A DNA stretch of 64,000 nucleotides from an uncultured Spirochaetaceae bacterium (GCA_964435795.1 CAYTAT010000004.1:28955-92954); one strand, 5' to 3'; counted from the stretch's first letter, positions 1 to 9,915 are shown. Numbers and translations are program-made. The notes: generated from the sequence alone by a model not told the origin.

Positions 1-1246
1 TGGCGTTGCCCCATTCGGCGAATCGGAGGTTTGCCCGAGCGGCCGGATTCCCATGAATCTCAAGAGCCCGGGGACCGTTGTCCAGACGGAGTTCACGACC
101 GAAGGCGAGGGCTGCTTCCATCGGATCCTCGCCCCTGGCCACGATTTCCAGGGTGACCTGGGCCTGGGCGTCCTCGCTTCGGGCGTTGACGGCATCGCGC
201 AGGTTCTGGATCCGCCAGCCCTCGGGAAAAGCCAGCGCAATTCCGAGTTCGGGATGCAGGAAGCGATTCCCGATCGCGACTCCTTCGCCGGCCCCGGTGC
301 CGACCAAGATTCCGTCGAACTCCCGAAGAAAGGCGGCGCGTCCAAGGGGGGCGGGCTGGTCCGCGGCCATTTCGAGATTCCGGCTGAACTCGCTCGCATC
401 CTGAGAGCGGTCGGGGCTCGAGGGATGAGAGGAGAGGAAGGAAGTCCGGGTCCCCCCGCTTTCCGATAGCGCCTCCTCGCGCGCCAGGGTCTGCATGAAA
501 GTCGCCATCGCCGAGGGATCGAAACCCGCTGCGGCCGCAAACTCCTGACCCAGGCGATCCGCCTGGCGTTCCTGCTCGCGGCTATAGGCCGCCAGCGCGA
601 AGGCGGTTGGCATGAATCCGGCATTTGCGACCATTTCCCCGAGGGCCGGCGAGACGACGGCCGCGGCGGCCGCACCGAGGGCCGAGGCGATCTGCAGCGG
701 CATCAGGGGAACGCTCGCGGTCTGTCTCTGCACGGAATGCCGTGCGGCGACATGGCCGAGTTCGTGGCCGAGAATCGCCGCCAGTTCGGATTCCGTATTG
801 ATCAGGGATAAGAGTCCGCGAGAGACGTAGACGTGGCCGCCCGGAAGCGCGAAGGCGTTGGGTTCGGCCATCTCGACCACCTGGAAGTGATAACGGAGAT
901 TTCCCCTGGGCGAGTGGCTGGCCAGGCGTTGTCCCACGGAGTCGATATAGGCTGCGAGTTCGGCGTTCTCTACCAGTCCGATCTCCTTGGCCACCTGGCG
1001 GGAGGCCTGATTCCCGTATGCGATTTCGGACTCTTCGGTGGTCAGTACGGGCTCCGGGCGGCCGCTTACGGGATTGCGCGCGCAGCCGAGAATTCCGAAG
1101 AGCAGGACGAGGCAGACCAGGGCCGTCGGAGAGACCAGTCTCCCCTCATCGGAGCCGATATGGGGATTTTCTTCCGAACCGAAGCGGCCGCGGAAAATCC
1201 TCCTGAGCGTTCGTTTCCGGACGCGTGCCGTCGAAATCGCCATCAT
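1..1246 (-). CDS. M48-family zinc metallopeptidase (lipoprotein-type signal); C-terminus runs off the window
   Basis: Absent from the ORF track because there is no in-window stop. Hand translation of the minus strand gives MMAISTARVRKRTLRR...LVCLVLLFGILGCARNP (lipobox), then AEPNAFALPGGHVYVSRGLL and ESELAAILGHELGHVAARHS (HExxH at 752-766). The frame stays open to position 2. The first ATG is at 1246-1244. Confidence 0.8.
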   Translation of the reverse strand, partial: MMAISTARVRKRTLRRIFRGRFGSEENPHIGSDEGRLVSPTALVCLVLLFGILGCARNPVSGRPEPVLTTEESEIAYGNQASRQVAKEIGLVENAELAAYIDSVGQRLASHSPRGNLRYHFQVVEMAEPNAFALPGGHVYVSRGLLSLINTESELAAILGHELGHVAARHSVQRQTASVPLMPLQIASALGAAAAAVVSPALGEMVANAGFMPTAFALAAYSREQERQADRLGQEFAAAAGFDPSAMATFMQTLAREEALSESGGTRTSFLSSHPSSPDRSQDASEFSRNLEMAADQPAPLGRAAFLREFDGILVGTGAGEGVAIGNRFLHPELGIALAFPEGWRIQNLRDAVNARSEDAQAQVTLEIVARGEDPMEAALAFGRELRLDNGPRALEIHGNPAARANLRFAEWGNA

Positions 1247-1401
1247 CGTCAGCGGAGGATAACCGAAAGCTTCGGGTCGGGAAGCGGGGCGGGAACGTCG
1301 CTGCTCGGATACTCTCTTGCTCGGCGAGTTCGCTTGCCGATCCCAAGCCCTTTTGCCGCGCCCTTCCCGGCGGCGGCAGCCAACACTTCAAGTCGAATGG
1401 A

Positions 1402-2670
1402 ATGATGATGACGCAGACCCCCAATGCTCCCCTGGCCGGATTTCGTGTGATTGAAAGTTCTTTGCTCGGGCCGGCGGCGATCACGACCCACCTCGCCGAC
1501 CTGGGAGCCGAGGTGATCAAGGTGGAGAGCCCGGCGGGCGACTATGTGCGAGAGATGACATGGCCCATCATCGAGGGCGTATCGCTTTTGCACTACCACA
1601 TCAATCGGGGCAAGAAGAGTCTCACCCTGGACCTGCGCACAGAGGAGGGGGTGGAGATCTACCGGGATCTCGTTCGAGGAGCGGATGTCGTCGTGGAAGC
1701 CATGCGGCCGGGATCATTGGCGCGCCGGGGATTGGGTTATCCCGATCTCAAGAGCCTGAACCCGCGGATCGTATTCTGCAATATCTCGGGCTACGGGATG
1801 TCGGGTCCATACCAGAGCCTTCCGGCCCACGGCATTGCTTTCGATACCTGGGCGGGAATCCTGAGCCCCGCCTACGACGAAGAGGGCTTCTGCTACATCC
1901 CGGAGCATGCCTCGATCGGCATGCACGCGGGGCCGCTTTTTGGGGCCCTTGGCATATTGGCGGGGGTGATCCGGGCGAGGGAGACCGGTGAGGGCTGCAT
2001 GATGGAGATCGGCCAATCCGATGCGGCCGCCTATATGGACTGGTATCGAAGCGAGTCCTGGCTGGCCTACGATCGCCCCGAAGATGAAGTGACGGGCAAT
2101 AAGGCGGATAATTATGAGCGCCGGGCACCGGGCACGGCCGGAATGAAGGAAGGCGTTCGCTACCAGATCTACGAATCGTCGGACGGCCACGTTCTCTTCA
2201 TGGCTTCGGAGCAGGCCTTCTGGAAAAATTTCTGTGAGTGCGTCGGGCGGCAGGAACTCTTCGAAAGATGGCCCGGTTCGAAGTTCGCGGATCACGCTCG
2301 CGGCAATCGGGAATTGCAGCGCGAGCTGCGCGACATCTTCAAATCCAAGAGTGCCGCTGAGTGGATTCGCCTCGGGGATGAGAAGAATTTTCCTATTGCA
2401 CCCGTGAACTCCCCGCGTACCCTCACCCAGGATCCGCAATTCAAGGATCGCTTCCCCCTTCTCCACAGGGATCAGCACAAGGCCGATATGCTGCCCTTTC
2501 CAGTCAAGATTGCCGAGCAGACCCTGCCCGCGCCTGGAGTCGCCCCGACCGTAGGCGAGCACAATCGGGAAGTGCTCAGCGGGGTACTCGATTATTCGGA
2601 CGAGAAGATCCAGTCCATCGAGGCTTCGGGGGCCCTCGGTGCAGAAGCATCGAAGCGCGCCGGAGATTGA
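1402..2670 (+). CDS. Family III CoA-transferase (CaiB/BaiF type)
   Basis: MMMTQTPNAPLAGFRVIESSLLGPAAITTHLADLGAEVIKVESPAGDYVR is a typical N-terminus for this family. I trimmed the 1225 ORF to the ATG at 1402, because the upstream part overlaps the divergent M48 gene. Confidence 0.85.
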   Translation: MMMTQTPNAPLAGFRVIESSLLGPAAITTHLADLGAEVIKVESPAGDYVREMTWPIIEGVSLLHYHINRGKKSLTLDLRTEEGVEIYRDLVRGADVVVEAMRPGSLARRGLGYPDLKSLNPRIVFCNISGYGMSGPYQSLPAHGIAFDTWAGILSPAYDEEGFCYIPEHASIGMHAGPLFGALGILAGVIRARETGEGCMMEIGQSDAAAYMDWYRSESWLAYDRPEDEVTGNKADNYERRAPGTAGMKEGVRYQIYESSDGHVLFMASEQAFWKNFCECVGRQELFERWPGSKFADHARGNRELQRELRDIFKSKSAAEWIRLGDEKNFPIAPVNSPRTLTQDPQFKDRFPLLHRDQHKADMLPFPVKIAEQTLPAPGVAPTVGEHNREVLSGVLDYSDEKIQSIEASGALGAEASKRAGD

Positions 2671-2890
2671 GCGCCCGCAGGGATCCGAAGCGAAAATTGG
2701 ATGGTTCTGATGCCAGAGGTTCGGATTGTCGAGACTTCTCCCCCGCGCTCCTCGTGTCGGAGCGGAGTTCCGCGCATTTCATCCCTGGAGGTGCCGCCCC
2801 CGTTTCATGCGAGTGGCATTTCGGGCTGGGGCCCGATCCCGTTTTCGGGTTAGACTCGAAGGGGGTTCACGCGGGAGAGGGTCCCTCGAG

Positions 2891-3619
2891 ATGATCGGTC
2901 GGGAAAAGCTGAGGAAAGGGCGATCGCATTTCAAGAGCCGGGTTTCCTCGTCCGGGAGCCAGGCGCGAGTGGCTCTCTCGGCGATGGCCCTGCTCACGTT
3001 CTTCGTTCTTGCCTGCCAGACGACGGCGCCCGTATCCCCGGCGCCTCGATCGGAGAAACTCTGGCCGAATCCCGCAGAGGCCATTGATATCGTCGAAGAG
3101 AAGCTGGCCCTGCAGGCGGAATTCCTGAGGGCTGGCGACGCGATTCCCTACGCGGAGCGCAGGGATAGACTCGCGGAATTCACTCGAGATTTCATCGATA
3201 CGCCCCGTATGGCTCGATTTTCCTACGGAGTCGGTTGGGTCGACTTGACGGCCGAGGAGCAGGCGCTCTGGATCGATACCTTTACGCGACTTGATATTTC
3301 GAGTCAGGCCAGTCTGAGGCTTCGCGACCGGGGTCAGGAATATCGCGTCAAGGGTTTTCGATTCATCCGGGAAGGCGTGCTGGTCATTCGCACGGAGATC
3401 GATTATCCGAAGCGAAATCTGACGGTTTTCGTCGACTACAGCCTCGAGAAGGAGGCCGGGGGCTGGAAGATCGTCGATCGCCATTCGCCCCCTTCCGTGA
3501 GCGAGATCGCGACCCGGCGAGCGGAGTATCGAACCATCCTGGAAAGAAAGGGTTTTGCGATCCTGGTGGCCGAAATGGAAGAGCATATTCGGGCGCAGGA
3601 AACTCGCGGAGAAGAGTAG
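2891..3619 (+). CDS. MlaC/Ttg2D-like lipid-binding lipoprotein (tentative)
   Basis: Lipobox LTFFVLAC. The pattern FIDTPRMARFSYGVGWVDLTAEEQALWIDTF...GGWKIVD...VSEIATRRAEY resembles the toluene-tolerance Ttg2D/MlaC family as I remember it. Start chosen at ATG 2891. Confidence 0.5.
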   Translation: MIGREKLRKGRSHFKSRVSSSGSQARVALSAMALLTFFVLACQTTAPVSPAPRSEKLWPNPAEAIDIVEEKLALQAEFLRAGDAIPYAERRDRLAEFTRDFIDTPRMARFSYGVGWVDLTAEEQALWIDTFTRLDISSQASLRLRDRGQEYRVKGFRFIREGVLVIRTEIDYPKRNLTVFVDYSLEKEAGGWKIVDRHSPPSVSEIATRRAEYRTILERKGFAILVAEMEEHIRAQETRGEE

Positions 3620-3787
3620 ATCCCCGGGTGGGAAGTAGAGCCCCTGCTCGCCCACTCTGATTTCTCAACTCTTCCGAGCGGGGAGGCTTCGCGAAGAATG
3701 AGTTCATTGGGTTCAAAGCGGGCGCCTCTTGGGTACACTGCTATTGGAATCAATGACTCGATCGCCGCCTGATCGGCATCGAGCCGC

Positions 3788-4612
3788 ATGGCCTGCGAAG
3801 GAAGAGCAATGGCTTCGATCAAGGAAGCGTCAGATCCGGTGGATCCCATCTGGCAGGCGATTCGCGATGAGGCCGCAGAGCAGGCAAGGCGGGAGAGTCT
3901 GATCGCCTATTTCCTGAATCGAACCATTCTGGAGCAGGCATCGTTCGAGACCGGCCTGGCTTTTCTTCTCGCAAATAAACTCGCCGACTCGAGTCTAGCC
4001 GCCGAGCCCCTGGAAGCGATGATCGCGGAGACTTTCCGGGAAAATCCCGAGATGGCCCTCGCTGCCGGGGCAGATCTCCAGGCCGTCTGCGCTCGCGATC
4101 CCGCATCCACGGCCTATTGGATTCCCTTCCTCTACTTCAAGGGATTCCATGCCCTGCAATCCTATCGGGTGAGCCATTCGCTGTGGCAGAGCGAGCGGCG
4201 GGGACTGGCACTCCATATTCAGAACCGGGCCTCGGAACTCTTCGCGGTTGATATTCATCCGGCTGCGAGGTTGGGATCCGGAATCTTCATCGATCATGCT
4301 ACGGGTGTCGTGATGGGTGAGACCTGTGTGGTGGAAGACGACGTCTCACTTCTTCACGAGGTGACCCTCGGCGGCACGGGCAAGCAGGGTGGGGATCGCC
4401 ATCCGAAGGTGCGTCGGGGTGTTTTGATCTGTGCGGGGGCCAAGGTTCTGGGCAATGTGGAAGTGGGGGAGGGTTCGAAGGTGGCTGCGGGCAGTGTTGT
4501 TCTCTCGGATGTTCCAGCCCATTCCACGGTGGCCGGTGTGCCAGCCGAGGTCGTGGGGCGTCCCGCTGCGGACCAGCCCGCCCTGGAAATGAACTCTCGT
4601 CTCGGTGAGTAA
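3788..4612 (+). CDS. cysE: Serine O-acetyltransferase
   Basis: SATase N-domain (FLYFKGFHALQSYRVSHSLW) plus hexapeptide region (GIFIDHATGVVMGETCVVEDDVSLLHEVTLGGTGK..GDRHPKVRRGVLICAGAKVLG). Alternative start at ATG 3809. Confidence 0.9.
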   Translation: MACEGRAMASIKEASDPVDPIWQAIRDEAAEQARRESLIAYFLNRTILEQASFETGLAFLLANKLADSSLAAEPLEAMIAETFRENPEMALAAGADLQAVCARDPASTAYWIPFLYFKGFHALQSYRVSHSLWQSERRGLALHIQNRASELFAVDIHPAARLGSGIFIDHATGVVMGETCVVEDDVSLLHEVTLGGTGKQGGDRHPKVRRGVLICAGAKVLGNVEVGEGSKVAAGSVVLSDVPAHSTVAGVPAEVVGRPAADQPALEMNSRLGE

Positions 4613-4636
4613 CCCTCTCCGGCCCCGGGGTTTTCG

Positions 4637-5452
4637 ATGACGATCATCAACTGGGAAGACACGCTGGCATCGTTGCAGATCGACTCCCTGGGAGATGATT
4701 ATTTCACGGCACCCAATATCCCGATGCGCTACTCGCGGATATTCGGCGGCCAATTGCTCGCGCAATGCGTTCGGATTGGCGCGTTTTGTGGGGACGGGAA
4801 GTCGATTCGTTCTCTGCAGATGAATTTCCTGAGGGAAGGCGATCTGAACGAGCCGCTTCGATTCGAGCTTCGGCGCATCCGCGAGGGCCGAACCTTTGCA
4901 ACCCATCTGATCCTTGCAGACCAGGGGGGCCAACTCATCCTGATGGCGACGCTTTCCCTGCATATCGATGAGGCAGGTCCCGAACATCAATTGGAGGCTC
5001 CGCGTCTCGGATCACCGGAGGATCAGGCCCCCGCAGAACTCAGCATGATTCCGTGGGAGACGCGGCCCGTGGGGGGTGTGAATCTCGAATCCCGGGAGAT
5101 CGGCCCGGCCCGCTACGCATTCTGGATGCGCGCTCCCGAACTTCCGGACGAGCCCTCGATCCACCAGGCGCTGCTCGCCCATGCGACCGACCTCACCCTG
5201 ATCGGGACGGCTCTGCGCCCCTTCTCGGGCTTGAGCGAGGCGGATTCAGGCGAAAGAATCCAGACCGCCGTCAGTGCGCATTCCCTGGTCTATCACCGCC
5301 CGCTGCGGGTCGATCGCTGGCTACTGGTCTCCCAGGAGAGCCCGATCAGCGCCGGGGGCCGGGGTTTCGGAATCGGGCACGTCTATTCCAGAAGCGGGGA
5401 GTTGCTGGCCTCATTTGCCCAGGAGAGCCTCATTCGGCTTCTCGACACCTGA
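4637..5452 (+). CDS. tesB: Acyl-CoA thioesterase II
   Basis: Double hot-dog TesB-like pattern: IFGGQLLAQCV...MNFLREGD...REGRTFAT...HSLVYHRP...GGRGF. Confidence 0.8.
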   Translation: MTIINWEDTLASLQIDSLGDDYFTAPNIPMRYSRIFGGQLLAQCVRIGAFCGDGKSIRSLQMNFLREGDLNEPLRFELRRIREGRTFATHLILADQGGQLILMATLSLHIDEAGPEHQLEAPRLGSPEDQAPAELSMIPWETRPVGGVNLESREIGPARYAFWMRAPELPDEPSIHQALLAHATDLTLIGTALRPFSGLSEADSGERIQTAVSAHSLVYHRPLRVDRWLLVSQESPISAGGRGFGIGHVYSRSGELLASFAQESLIRLLDT

Positions 5453-5517
5453 GTAGTCGTGCCGGAGATCCCAGCCCGCATTCGGCCTCGGCTCCGATAT
5501 CTGCTAGACCCGCTGAT

Positions 5518-6603
5518 ATGGCCCGAGTCACGATCACGCTTCCCCACCATAGCTACGACATCAGCATCGAAGCTGGAGCCCTCGTGGGGATCGGCGAGCG
5601 AGTTCGAGCGCTCGCCCCCCATGCGCTTTGCGGGGTCATCGCCGACGCCAGGGTATGGCAGGAGTGCGGCGAGCGTTTCGAAGCATCGCTGGATGCCGCC
5701 GGATATCGGATGAAGCTCGCGCTTCTCGACCGGGGTGAAGAGGGCAAGAACCTGGCGACCGTCGAGGAACTCTATGCGCTGCTGCTCGACGCCTCTTTGG
5801 AGCGCCGTTCGCCGATTCTCGCCGTGGGTGGAGGCGTGACGGGAGACCTGGCGGGATTCGTGGCCGCAACCTATTTGCGAGGTGTCCCCTTCCTACAGTG
5901 TCCGACCAGCCTTCTGGCCATGGTGGATTCCAGCGTGGGCGGCAAAACGGGTTTCAATGTCAGCCAGGGCAAGAATCTGATCGGCGCCTTCTATCAACCG
6001 GATGCCGTGGTCATCGATCCGCTGATCCTTCGGAGTCTGCCTGCGCGTGAAATACGTTGCGGCTTGGCCGAATGCATCAAGCATGCGGTGATTCGTGATG
6101 CTGCACTCTTCGAATTCATTCGTGACGAAATGGAAGGCGTCTTCGCCTTTTCTGCAGAGACACTGATCGAACTCATTCGCTGGAATGTGGAGATCAAGGC
6201 CGCTGTCGTCACGGAGGATGAGAGGGAAAAGGGAGTTCGGGCACATCTGAATTTTGGCCATAGCTTCGGGCATGTGATCGAAGCCAGCGTTGGCTATGGG
6301 AAGATCCTTCACGGTGAGGCCGTCGGACTCGGGATGCTGGCGGCGACCCGCGTGGCCGTGGAGATGGGTCTTTGTGATCGCGGCCTCGGGGAGGAGTTGG
6401 AAAGTCTCCTGGCTGCCGCCGGCCTGCCTATTCGGCAGGAATTGCCGGGAGATGATGAACTCGACCGGATCATGCTTCACGACAAGAAAGTCATCGATCA
6501 TCGCATCCGCCTGATCTTGCCCAAAACGCTGGGCAGCGTGGAAATACGGGATGATGTATCAGCGGATTGCATTCATCGCGGGTGGGCTGCGATCCGGATG
6601 TGA
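5518..6603 (+). CDS. aroB: 3-dehydroquinate synthase
   Basis: ILAVGGGVTGDLAGFVAATYLRGVPFLQCPTSLLAMVDSSVGGKTG, NLIGAFYQP and HLNFGHSFGH. The 5053 ORF is trimmed to ATG 5518 (MARVTITL), because the upstream part overlaps tesB. Confidence 0.9.
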   Translation: MARVTITLPHHSYDISIEAGALVGIGERVRALAPHALCGVIADARVWQECGERFEASLDAAGYRMKLALLDRGEEGKNLATVEELYALLLDASLERRSPILAVGGGVTGDLAGFVAATYLRGVPFLQCPTSLLAMVDSSVGGKTGFNVSQGKNLIGAFYQPDAVVIDPLILRSLPAREIRCGLAECIKHAVIRDAALFEFIRDEMEGVFAFSAETLIELIRWNVEIKAAVVTEDEREKGVRAHLNFGHSFGHVIEASVGYGKILHGEAVGLGMLAATRVAVEMGLCDRGLGEELESLLAAAGLPIRQELPGDDELDRIMLHDKKVIDHRIRLILPKTLGSVEIRDDVSADCIHRGWAAIRM

Positions 6604-6725
6604 TCATTTTCCCCGCCGGAATCTTCTGTAGTTGCAGAATTTTCTTGACATGTCCTATCGTCACGATGAATGCTCGTTGGCGGACGGTCGTTGGAGTTTG
6701 ACTGCCGTAGCGTCTGGGGGAGCGA

Positions 6726-8270
6726 GTGACTATTCGATCGCCTGTGGTCAATACTGTTTCGGGTGCCATTTGCGGCCAGGAGGCTCGGGGAATCCTGAGC
6801 TTCAAGGGGATTCCCTACGCGAGACCGCCCGAGGGCCGACTTCGCTTCCAGCCCCCGCTGCCGCCCCGACCCTGGAAGGAAGTGCGCCCTGCGACGACGG
6901 CGGGCCCGGTTCCCGTTCAGGCTGCGATTCCCGTCCTGCGATTCCTCAATGCTGGCGGCGCACGTCAGGCGGAGGATTGTCTCTACTTGAATGTTCAGAC
7001 GCCGGGCCTCGAGGGAAAGAAGCGCCCCGTTTTCGTCTGGATTCACGGGGGTGGATTCCTGATCGGAGCCGGTTCGACCAGGCTCTACGACGGGAGTTCA
7101 TTGGCTGAGCGTGGCGATATGGTGGTGGTCACCATCAACTATCGCCTCGGGGCATTGGGTTATGTGCATCTGGACCGCGTGACCGGTCGGGGTTTCGAGC
7201 AGGCTTCGAATCTTGGTGTTCGGGATCAGATCGCCGCCCTGGAATGGGTGCGGGAGAATATCGAGAATTTTGGCGGGGATCCCGATAACGTGACCCTATG
7301 TGGTCAATCCGCAGGGGCCATGAGCATTGCGGCCCTGCTGGGGGCTCCGTCGGCCCGGCGACTCTTCCAGCGCGCGATTTTACAAAGTGGCGCCGCCCAC
7401 CACGTACTCGACCGTGACCGCGCGGACGACGTCGCCGAGCGCTTTCTGGAGGCACTCGGAAACCCCAAACAGACGCGTCAAAGTCTGAGTGAGATCCCGA
7501 TCGGGAAGATCCTGCGCGCTCAGGGCTCGGTGAATCGCGAATTGATGAACCTGGCGGATCTGATGGTGATGCTGCCCTGTGTCGATGGTGAATTGATCAC
7601 CGAACAACCCCTCGACGCGGTGGAGAAGGGCTCGACCCGGGGAATCGATCTCTTGATCGGAACGACTCTCGACGAGTGGAAGTTGTTCAGTTCCCTGGAA
7701 GCCGCCGTTTCAAGATTCGATGAGGATGGACTGGTAAGGCGTTTCGCCGAACTCCTCCCGGATGTCTCGTCCAGTGCACCGAGCGCAGAAGAAGCGGCCC
7801 GTGATTATCGCGAAGCCGTGAGGATGCGTGGAGGACGTACGACACCCTTCGAAGTCTGGACTTCCTTCCAATCGACCCGGGTCTTTCATCATCCGGCATC
7901 CGAGCTTGCGAATCGCCACGCCGCGGCAGGGGGATCCGTCTACTCCTACCTTTTTAGTTGGCATCCGAGTGGCCTGGCGAATTCGGTCGGTTCCTGTCAT
8001 GCGATGGATCTGCCCTTCATCTTCGGGCTGGCCAATCATCCCACCACTCGAGTGCTCTCGGGCCTGACGAATGCCGCACGCCGACTCTCGACACGGATGC
8101 AGAACGCCTGGATCCGGTTTGCAAGATCGGGCAATCCGGCTCACGAACGTCTGCCGGAATGGGATACCTACGATTCCGACACTCGGGCCACCATGGTCTT
8201 CGATCGGGAGTGTACGATTGTGGACGGTCCCCTCGATGGCGAGCGGAACCTGGTGGCATCCTGGTCCTGA
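6726..8270 (+). CDS. Carboxylesterase type B (para-nitrobenzyl esterase-like)
   Basis: FKGIPYARPP, VWIHGGGF oxyanion-hole motif, GQSAGA nucleophile elbow. GTG start preceded by GGGGGAG. Confidence 0.85.
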   Translation: MTIRSPVVNTVSGAICGQEARGILSFKGIPYARPPEGRLRFQPPLPPRPWKEVRPATTAGPVPVQAAIPVLRFLNAGGARQAEDCLYLNVQTPGLEGKKRPVFVWIHGGGFLIGAGSTRLYDGSSLAERGDMVVVTINYRLGALGYVHLDRVTGRGFEQASNLGVRDQIAALEWVRENIENFGGDPDNVTLCGQSAGAMSIAALLGAPSARRLFQRAILQSGAAHHVLDRDRADDVAERFLEALGNPKQTRQSLSEIPIGKILRAQGSVNRELMNLADLMVMLPCVDGELITEQPLDAVEKGSTRGIDLLIGTTLDEWKLFSSLEAAVSRFDEDGLVRRFAELLPDVSSSAPSAEEAARDYREAVRMRGGRTTPFEVWTSFQSTRVFHHPASELANRHAAAGGSVYSYLFSWHPSGLANSVGSCHAMDLPFIFGLANHPTTRVLSGLTNAARRLSTRMQNAWIRFARSGNPAHERLPEWDTYDSDTRATMVFDRECTIVDGPLDGERNLVASWS

Positions 8271-8364
8271 GTCCTTTCGCGGGGGTCCCGAATCCGCGGC
8301 GATGAAGAGCCTCGACGTTCGGATCCCTTCTCTGGCTACGTATGCCCCCAGGCGGTCCCGAATA

Positions 8365-9915
8365 TCAGCCCCTTGTCAGCAGGATATGGGTCAGCAGGAT
8401 ATGGGTCAGCAGGATATGGGATTCGGCCAGCCGCTCCGCGATTCGAATTCCCTCCGGGCAGAAATTTGAACAGGGCGCCGAACAACCCGTACACGCATCC
8501 GCCTTCTTTCCGAGTTGCGCGTAGAGACGCGTGGCTTCCCGCTGGGCCCCGTAGTCCTCGAAATACATTCGATAACGGAGAATGTCGTCGATCTGCAATT
8601 CCTCGGGGCAGGATTGCAGGCAGGCGCCGCAGTGGGGGCGGCAGTGCTTGCCCGCGATCAAATCCCGATATCGACCCAATAGAACCCGATCCGAATCCGA
8701 GAGAGTTCTGCCCGACGCATAGAGGAATTCGTCGAGTTGGGCTTCTTCCCAGAGCGAGATGACGAGGCAGGAGATATTCGGATCCGAGAGGACCCACTTG
8801 AAGGCCGCCTGGGTGTAGGAATCCCTTTCGTCTCGCGACCAGAGCAGACCCCGGTGTTTGGCCCCGCGCAGCGTCTTCATGGCGACGACGCCGATATCAC
8901 TCGAGGCAGCTCTTTGAATGACCTGCCCGAGTTGGGGCCAGGCCCCGTGGTGGTAGGCGAGCATCATGACGTCAAAGCGATCACTGTCGATGGCCGCGTT
9001 GGCGACTTCCACCAGGTTGGGCGTATGCGTCGAAACGCCCAGAAAGCGCGCCTTCCCCTGCTGCTTCAAGCGGTCGAAGGCCTCATGGGCATTTTCGTCG
9101 AGCAACCGCTCCACGCTATTGCAGGAATGAATATGGATCAGATCCACTCGATCGGTCTGCAGCCTCTTCAGGCTGGAGTGGACGGCCTCCATATATTCTT
9201 CAACCGAATGCCCGGGCCCCAGGTGGCCGGTTGGCCGACAGAATTTGCTGGCCAGAAAGATCTCGTCCCGGGAACCCTTGATGGCTTCTCCAAGGCGGTA
9301 TTCGGAATTGGCGCCGCTATAGTCCGGCGCGGTATCGAAATAGTTCACGCCCCGTTCGATTGCCTGGCGCAGGACTTCAACGGTCTGGCGTCCTCCCGTT
9401 CCCGAGCCCGAACCGAGTGATATATCCGAGACGAGAGCTTCGGTTCGTCCCAGGCGGCGATAGCGGGCGACCCGTGAGCCGGACCACTCCTCCCGGGCGA
9501 CATCCGCCTGATAGGGTGGCCGGACCAGGAAGATGTGTCGCCCGCTGATCGCGTACCAATCCCCAAGGCGCATCAGGGCCGATAGAGCCGAAGCCAGGAT
9601 GCCCCCAAAGGCGGCGATCGCGCCGAGAAGAAAACGCCGCCTGCGGCTCCGTTTCTCCGGCCCGACGGAATCCTCTGGACCGCGTGCCCACCACAGCGTC
9701 AGAATCAGGCTGATCAGAAGGGCGCCGAGGGTGGTCAGCCCTGGCAGAATCGATGCATCGCTTCGGTCGTAGCCCTCGATCAATCTCTCCAGGGATCCGC
9801 CCAGCAGCCAATAGGAGACCACGAGGGTGAGGAGCCACGAGATGCAGACGTAGATTCCTCTCATGTCAGACCCCCCATTCCTATCCGGGTCTCGGGCCGA
9901 TCGACTCCGAGTCAA
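8365..9915 (-). CDS. Aldo/keto reductase with a C-terminal Cys-rich (4Fe-4S-like) extension and an N-terminal membrane segment
   Basis: AKR core GVNYFDTAPDYSG..SEYRLGEAI...FLASKF. C-terminal CRPHCGACLQSCP and CTGCSAPCSNFCP. N-terminal hydrophobic helices followed by SRRRRFLLGAIAAFGG. The true start is uncertain. Confidence 0.75.
   Translation of the reverse strand: MTRSRSARDPDRNGGSDMRGIYVCISWLLTLVVSYWLLGGSLERLIEGYDRSDASILPGLTTLGALLISLILTLWWARGPEDSVGPEKRSRRRRFLLGAIAAFGGILASALSALMRLGDWYAISGRHIFLVRPPYQADVAREEWSGSRVARYRRLGRTEALVSDISLGSGSGTGGRQTVEVLRQAIERGVNYFDTAPDYSGANSEYRLGEAIKGSRDEIFLASKFCRPTGHLGPGHSVEEYMEAVHSSLKRLQTDRVDLIHIHSCNSVERLLDENAHEAFDRLKQQGKARFLGVSTHTPNLVEVANAAIDSDRFDVMMLAYHHGAWPQLGQVIQRAASSDIGVVAMKTLRGAKHRGLLWSRDERDSYTQAAFKWVLSDPNISCLVISLWEEAQLDEFLYASGRTLSDSDRVLLGRYRDLIAGKHCRPHCGACLQSCPEELQIDDILRYRMYFEDYGAQREATRLYAQLGKKADACTGCSAPCSNFCPEGIRIAERLAESHILLTHILLTHILLTRG
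8376..8420. repeat. Perfect tandem direct repeat, 15 bp x3 (TCAGCAGGATATGGG)
   Basis: Read directly: units at 8376-8390, 8391-8405 and 8406-8420. On the minus strand they encode the last residues of the AKR (HILLT x3, then RG-stop). Confidence 0.95.

Noticed and set aside
5053-5517. Upstream extensions of track ORFs: aroB 5053-5517, ACAD 54580-54780, HAD 45125-45592, aminotransferase 58474-59043, TetR 61160-61663, CoA-transferase 1225-1401, rmlA 26968-27021, GH20 44147-44434, YfhO-like 12169-12387.
   Set aside because: The extensions overlap neighbouring genes or are Arg/Pro-rich with no similarity. Internal ATG codons coincide with the conserved N-termini of the families.
6645-6674. A perfect TTGACA hexamer upstream of the carboxylesterase gene, as a promoter.
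   Set aside because: No acceptable -10 hexamer lies at 16-18 nt spacing. The best candidate, AATGCT, matches 3/6. This is too weak to annotate.
8376-8420. Possibility that the tandem arrays (8376, 32560, 39181, 61053) are CRISPR arrays.
   Set aside because: The units are contiguous with no spacers, are 10-17 bp long, have 3-4 copies, and no cas genes are present.
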